DNA of 64,000 nucleotides from Chlamydiales bacterium (GTDB lineage Bacteria; Chlamydiota; Chlamydiia; Chlamydiales; JAAKFR01): NCBI GenBank assembly GCA_024233495.1, contig JACKPM010000002.1, positions 21,377 to 85,376 of the forward strand, read 5' to 3'. Shown piece by piece: positions 61,831 to 64,000 of this stretch (position 1 is its first letter; each line of letters starts with the position of its first letter). The notes under the pieces were generated by a model. It saw only the letters and a program-made list of their open reading frames with translations, ran no database searches and was not told where the DNA came from. The position numbers and the translations under genes were made by a program.

Positions 61831-63041
61831 TACGACCCTCCTAACGATTTCACAACACCCAACATGCCAAGTATCTCTAACAAAAATACGCAGATAGCAT
61901 AACACATTGCAATGAAAATTAAAGACTTTCCTCCCGGAATGCGGTATTCAGACTCCAACTTCATCTTGTACCGCCCAATCCAGAGCATGAGCGCTGGAAA
62001 GAGCGCATTCAAAATCGAGTCGCCAATCCCCCCTGTTGAATCGAGTGCCCGCAAAAAGACCCTCTTCACGGTGAGAGCAAAAAAGAGCGTGGGCACAATG
62101 ATCATTACCCCAAGCAAAACGGCACCCCACCGCACTTTTGGAATTTTAAGGCCATCTGCCAAAAAGTCGAAGAGCCCCATCCCAATCCCCAAAAAGCTCG
62201 TCACCATTGCAAAAAAGGCAAAAGCATCTGCTATCAAGCCAAGAAGTGGCCTCCCTGTCCCACTCCCAAAAAACTTGGTCGCTGGCTTTCCTTCGATCAA
62301 ACTCGTTTCAAGCCCATTATTCCAATGAAGAGCTCCCAAAACCACTGCTTGCCAAATTAAATAAATAGCTAAAGCCGAAAGAGTTCCATAAATTATTGAG
62401 CGACGCAACATCTTCCCGTCTTGCTTCAAATAGATGGTCAAACTAGGCAAAATCGTATGAAAGCTAAAAATTGAAAGGAGAAGGGGCATAGCAACAAAAG
62501 AGCCCTTCCACTCTCTTCGAAGCCAATTATGGACATCAATCGACTTGAGGCTTGTTAAAACGAGAAGGAGGTAACTTACAATCAGCCCCACAACGAGAAG
62601 CGTATTCACTCGCCCAATCACAATGTTGCCCAAGTAGACCACAAAGCTTGCCAGAAGCACAAAAACAACACTCGCCCACACATCGGAAATAGGGAAAAAT
62701 TGCCGCAGAAAGGCTCCACAGAGTTCACTTGTTCCTGAAGTGTAGGCCACAAGAGAGGCATAGCAAATGAAAAGGTAAAGGAGCCAGGCGACACTCTTTC
62801 CCCAAAAGCCAAGAAAGCGCGACGTCATGGCGATCACGTGCTCACCCGGCTTCATCCATAAGTTCACCTCACTCAAATAGAGGGCAACAAGCGTCATGAA
62901 TGCCCATCCTACTAGCATAAGAAAGACAGAGGGAATGAAACCCGCCTCACCAGTCGCGACAGGGAAGGCGAGCATGCCGCCTCCAATGCTAGTCCCTGCA
63001 ACTAGAAAGGTAGCGCCTAAAACTGTTCCTTTTTTTTCCAT
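61830..63041 (-). CDS. tyrP: aromatic amino acid permease (HAAAP family, TyrP/Mtr-like)
   Basis: MEKKGTVLGATFLVAGTSIGGGMLAFP N-terminal signature. About 11 TMS. The start is trimmed to the ATG at 63041. The stop overlaps the DUF2760-like start by 1 nt. Confidence 0.8.
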   Translation of the reverse strand: MEKKGTVLGATFLVAGTSIGGGMLAFPVATGEAGFIPSVFLMLVGWAFMTLVALYLSEVNLWMKPGEHVIAMTSRFLGFWGKSVAWLLYLFICYASLVAYTSGTSELCGAFLRQFFPISDVWASVVFVLLASFVVYLGNIVIGRVNTLLVVGLIVSYLLLVLTSLKSIDVHNWLRREWKGSFVAMPLLLSIFSFHTILPSLTIYLKQDGKMLRRSIIYGTLSALAIYLIWQAVVLGALHWNNGLETSLIEGKPATKFFGSGTGRPLLGLIADAFAFFAMVTSFLGIGMGLFDFLADGLKIPKVRWGAVLLGVMIIVPTLFFALTVKRVFLRALDSTGGIGDSILNALFPALMLWIGRYKMKLESEYRIPGGKSLIFIAMCYAICVFLLEILGMLGVVKSLGGS

Positions 63042-63063
63042 GGTGAGAGGAATATAGCACGTC

Positions 63064-64000
63064 TTATAACAAGCACAAAATACTTTCTTGGGTGCCCCCT
63101 GTGATTTGGGGTGTGCCATCTGGGCCAATCAAGACATCGTGCTCAAGACGCACCCCAAATTCGCCAGGCAAATAGATCCCTGGCTCAATCGAAAAACAGG
63201 TGTTAGGCAAAATCTTCCTTTGATCACACGTCTCCAAATTGTCGAGGTGCGCTCCCGAACCGTGCACCTCGATGTCAATGTTGTGTCCTGTGCGATGAGT
63301 GAAGTATTCACTATACCCCATTTCCTTAATATAGCCGCGACAGACGTCATCCACCTCAAAGCCGCGCGCCCCTTTGTTTTCTAAAATAAATGCGTACGCT
63401 CTTTTTTGCGCCTCCCGCACTACTTCAAACACCTCTAGCTGCTTTGGCGTTGGCTCAGGGGCAGCTACACCTACACGAGTGATGTCAGCATAAACAGCGA
63501 AGGGGTGGTCCTTCTTACACCACAAATCAATCAAAATAAAGTCGCCTTGTGTAATCTCAGCTGTCACCTTTTTCCGCGCCATGTAGTGAGGAAGAGCACT
63601 ATGCCCATTCACTGAGCAGGTAGGTCCATCATCTGCAATGCAGCCGTGCGCCGCAAACTCACTTAAAATGAATTTTTGCACCTCATACTCGGTGATTCGC
63701 TTCCCTGTTCGCACACGACCAGCAATGAGCTCCCACGCATTAGCCACTGCTCGCTCTAGGACTTCAGCAGCATCGAGATGAGAGGCTTTTTGCCGCTCAT
63801 CAAGGACGCTTGTAAAATGCTGCAAAAGGTCAGCCGATGTACACACCTCAACTCCCGCCTCCCTCACCATATCCAGCGTACCCCCATCCACATTGGAAAC
63901 ATAAGGATTTGCTCCATCTGGACTGTACTCCATCGCCACCTTTTTTACTCCCCGCAACACCTTCGAGAGCGCTCCTTTAAGCTCCTCCCATGAGAGATAA
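63064..64000 (-). CDS. M24-family Xaa-Pro aminopeptidase/dipeptidase (5' partial, continues beyond the window)
   Basis: Metal-ligand blocks DLWCK..YADITR, HRTGHNIDIEVHG, FSIEPGIY and RLEHDV. The frame stays open upstream of the annotated Met to position 64000. Confidence 0.8.
   Translation of the reverse strand, partial: YLSWEELKGALSKVLRGVKKVAMEYSPDGANPYVSNVDGGTLDMVREAGVEVCTSADLLQHFTSVLDERQKASHLDAAEVLERAVANAWELIAGRVRTGKRITEYEVQKFILSEFAAHGCIADDGPTCSVNGHSALPHYMARKKVTAEITQGDFILIDLWCKKDHPFAVYADITRVGVAAPEPTPKQLEVFEVVREAQKRAYAFILENKGARGFEVDDVCRGYIKEMGYSEYFTHRTGHNIDIEVHGSGAHLDNLETCDQRKILPNTCFSIEPGIYLPGEFGVRLEHDVLIGPDGTPQITGGTQESILCLL

Overview
This 64 kb window looks like a Chlamydia-related ('environmental chlamydia') genome. 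That placement is inferred from gene content and synteny only. The supporting content is a PknD-like Ser/Thr kinase, a V-type ATPase operon (atpE, DUF2764-like gene, atpA-B-D-I-K), the block infA / tRNA-Thr / tuf / tRNA-Trp / secE / nusG / rplKAJL / rpoBC, tandem MOMP-like porin paralogs and a TyrP-type permease.

Other housekeeping genes:
- valS, transaldolase, class-I DAHP synthase, UvdE, a Nudix hydrolase, SufE
- an alanine:cation symporter and an M24 aminopeptidase (5' partial at the window edge)
- an OMF / HlyD-type / MFS tripartite efflux operon

Accessory and unusual content:
1. A single 3660-codon ORF (18114-29096). It has a C12 homopolymer at codons 26-30, an internal P-loop NTPase module, C-terminal degenerate repeats and a C-terminal pair of hydrophobic segments. 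This is my top candidate for something new: a phase-variable giant effector or surface protein.
2. Two MITE-like fold-back repeat families. MITE-A is 167 bp, with three loci, one of which is a copy inserted inside another copy at a TA. MITE-B is 162 bp, with three copies. Their termini repeatedly supply the stop codons or C-terminal residues of flanking genes.
3. A decay hotspot at about 40.4-43.6 kb. It holds MITE-B, an orphan IS end, MITE-A, a dsbB 3' fragment, a HigB/HigA-like toxin-antitoxin pair with a perfect palindromic operator, three consecutive perfect hairpins, a frameshifted IS903-like element and a catalase gene cut to its N-terminal third.
4. A Cys/Pro-rich repeat protein and a neighbouring small protein that share a C-terminal hydrophobic tail ending SNxxTSH.
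5. A translationally coupled permease / DUF2760 / short-Hsp70 module.
6. A relic second 3' end of the transaldolase gene that reads into a MITE.

No rRNA, CRISPR array, cas gene, integrase or prophage was seen. All family assignments come from motif recognition by eye and need HMM or BLAST confirmation.
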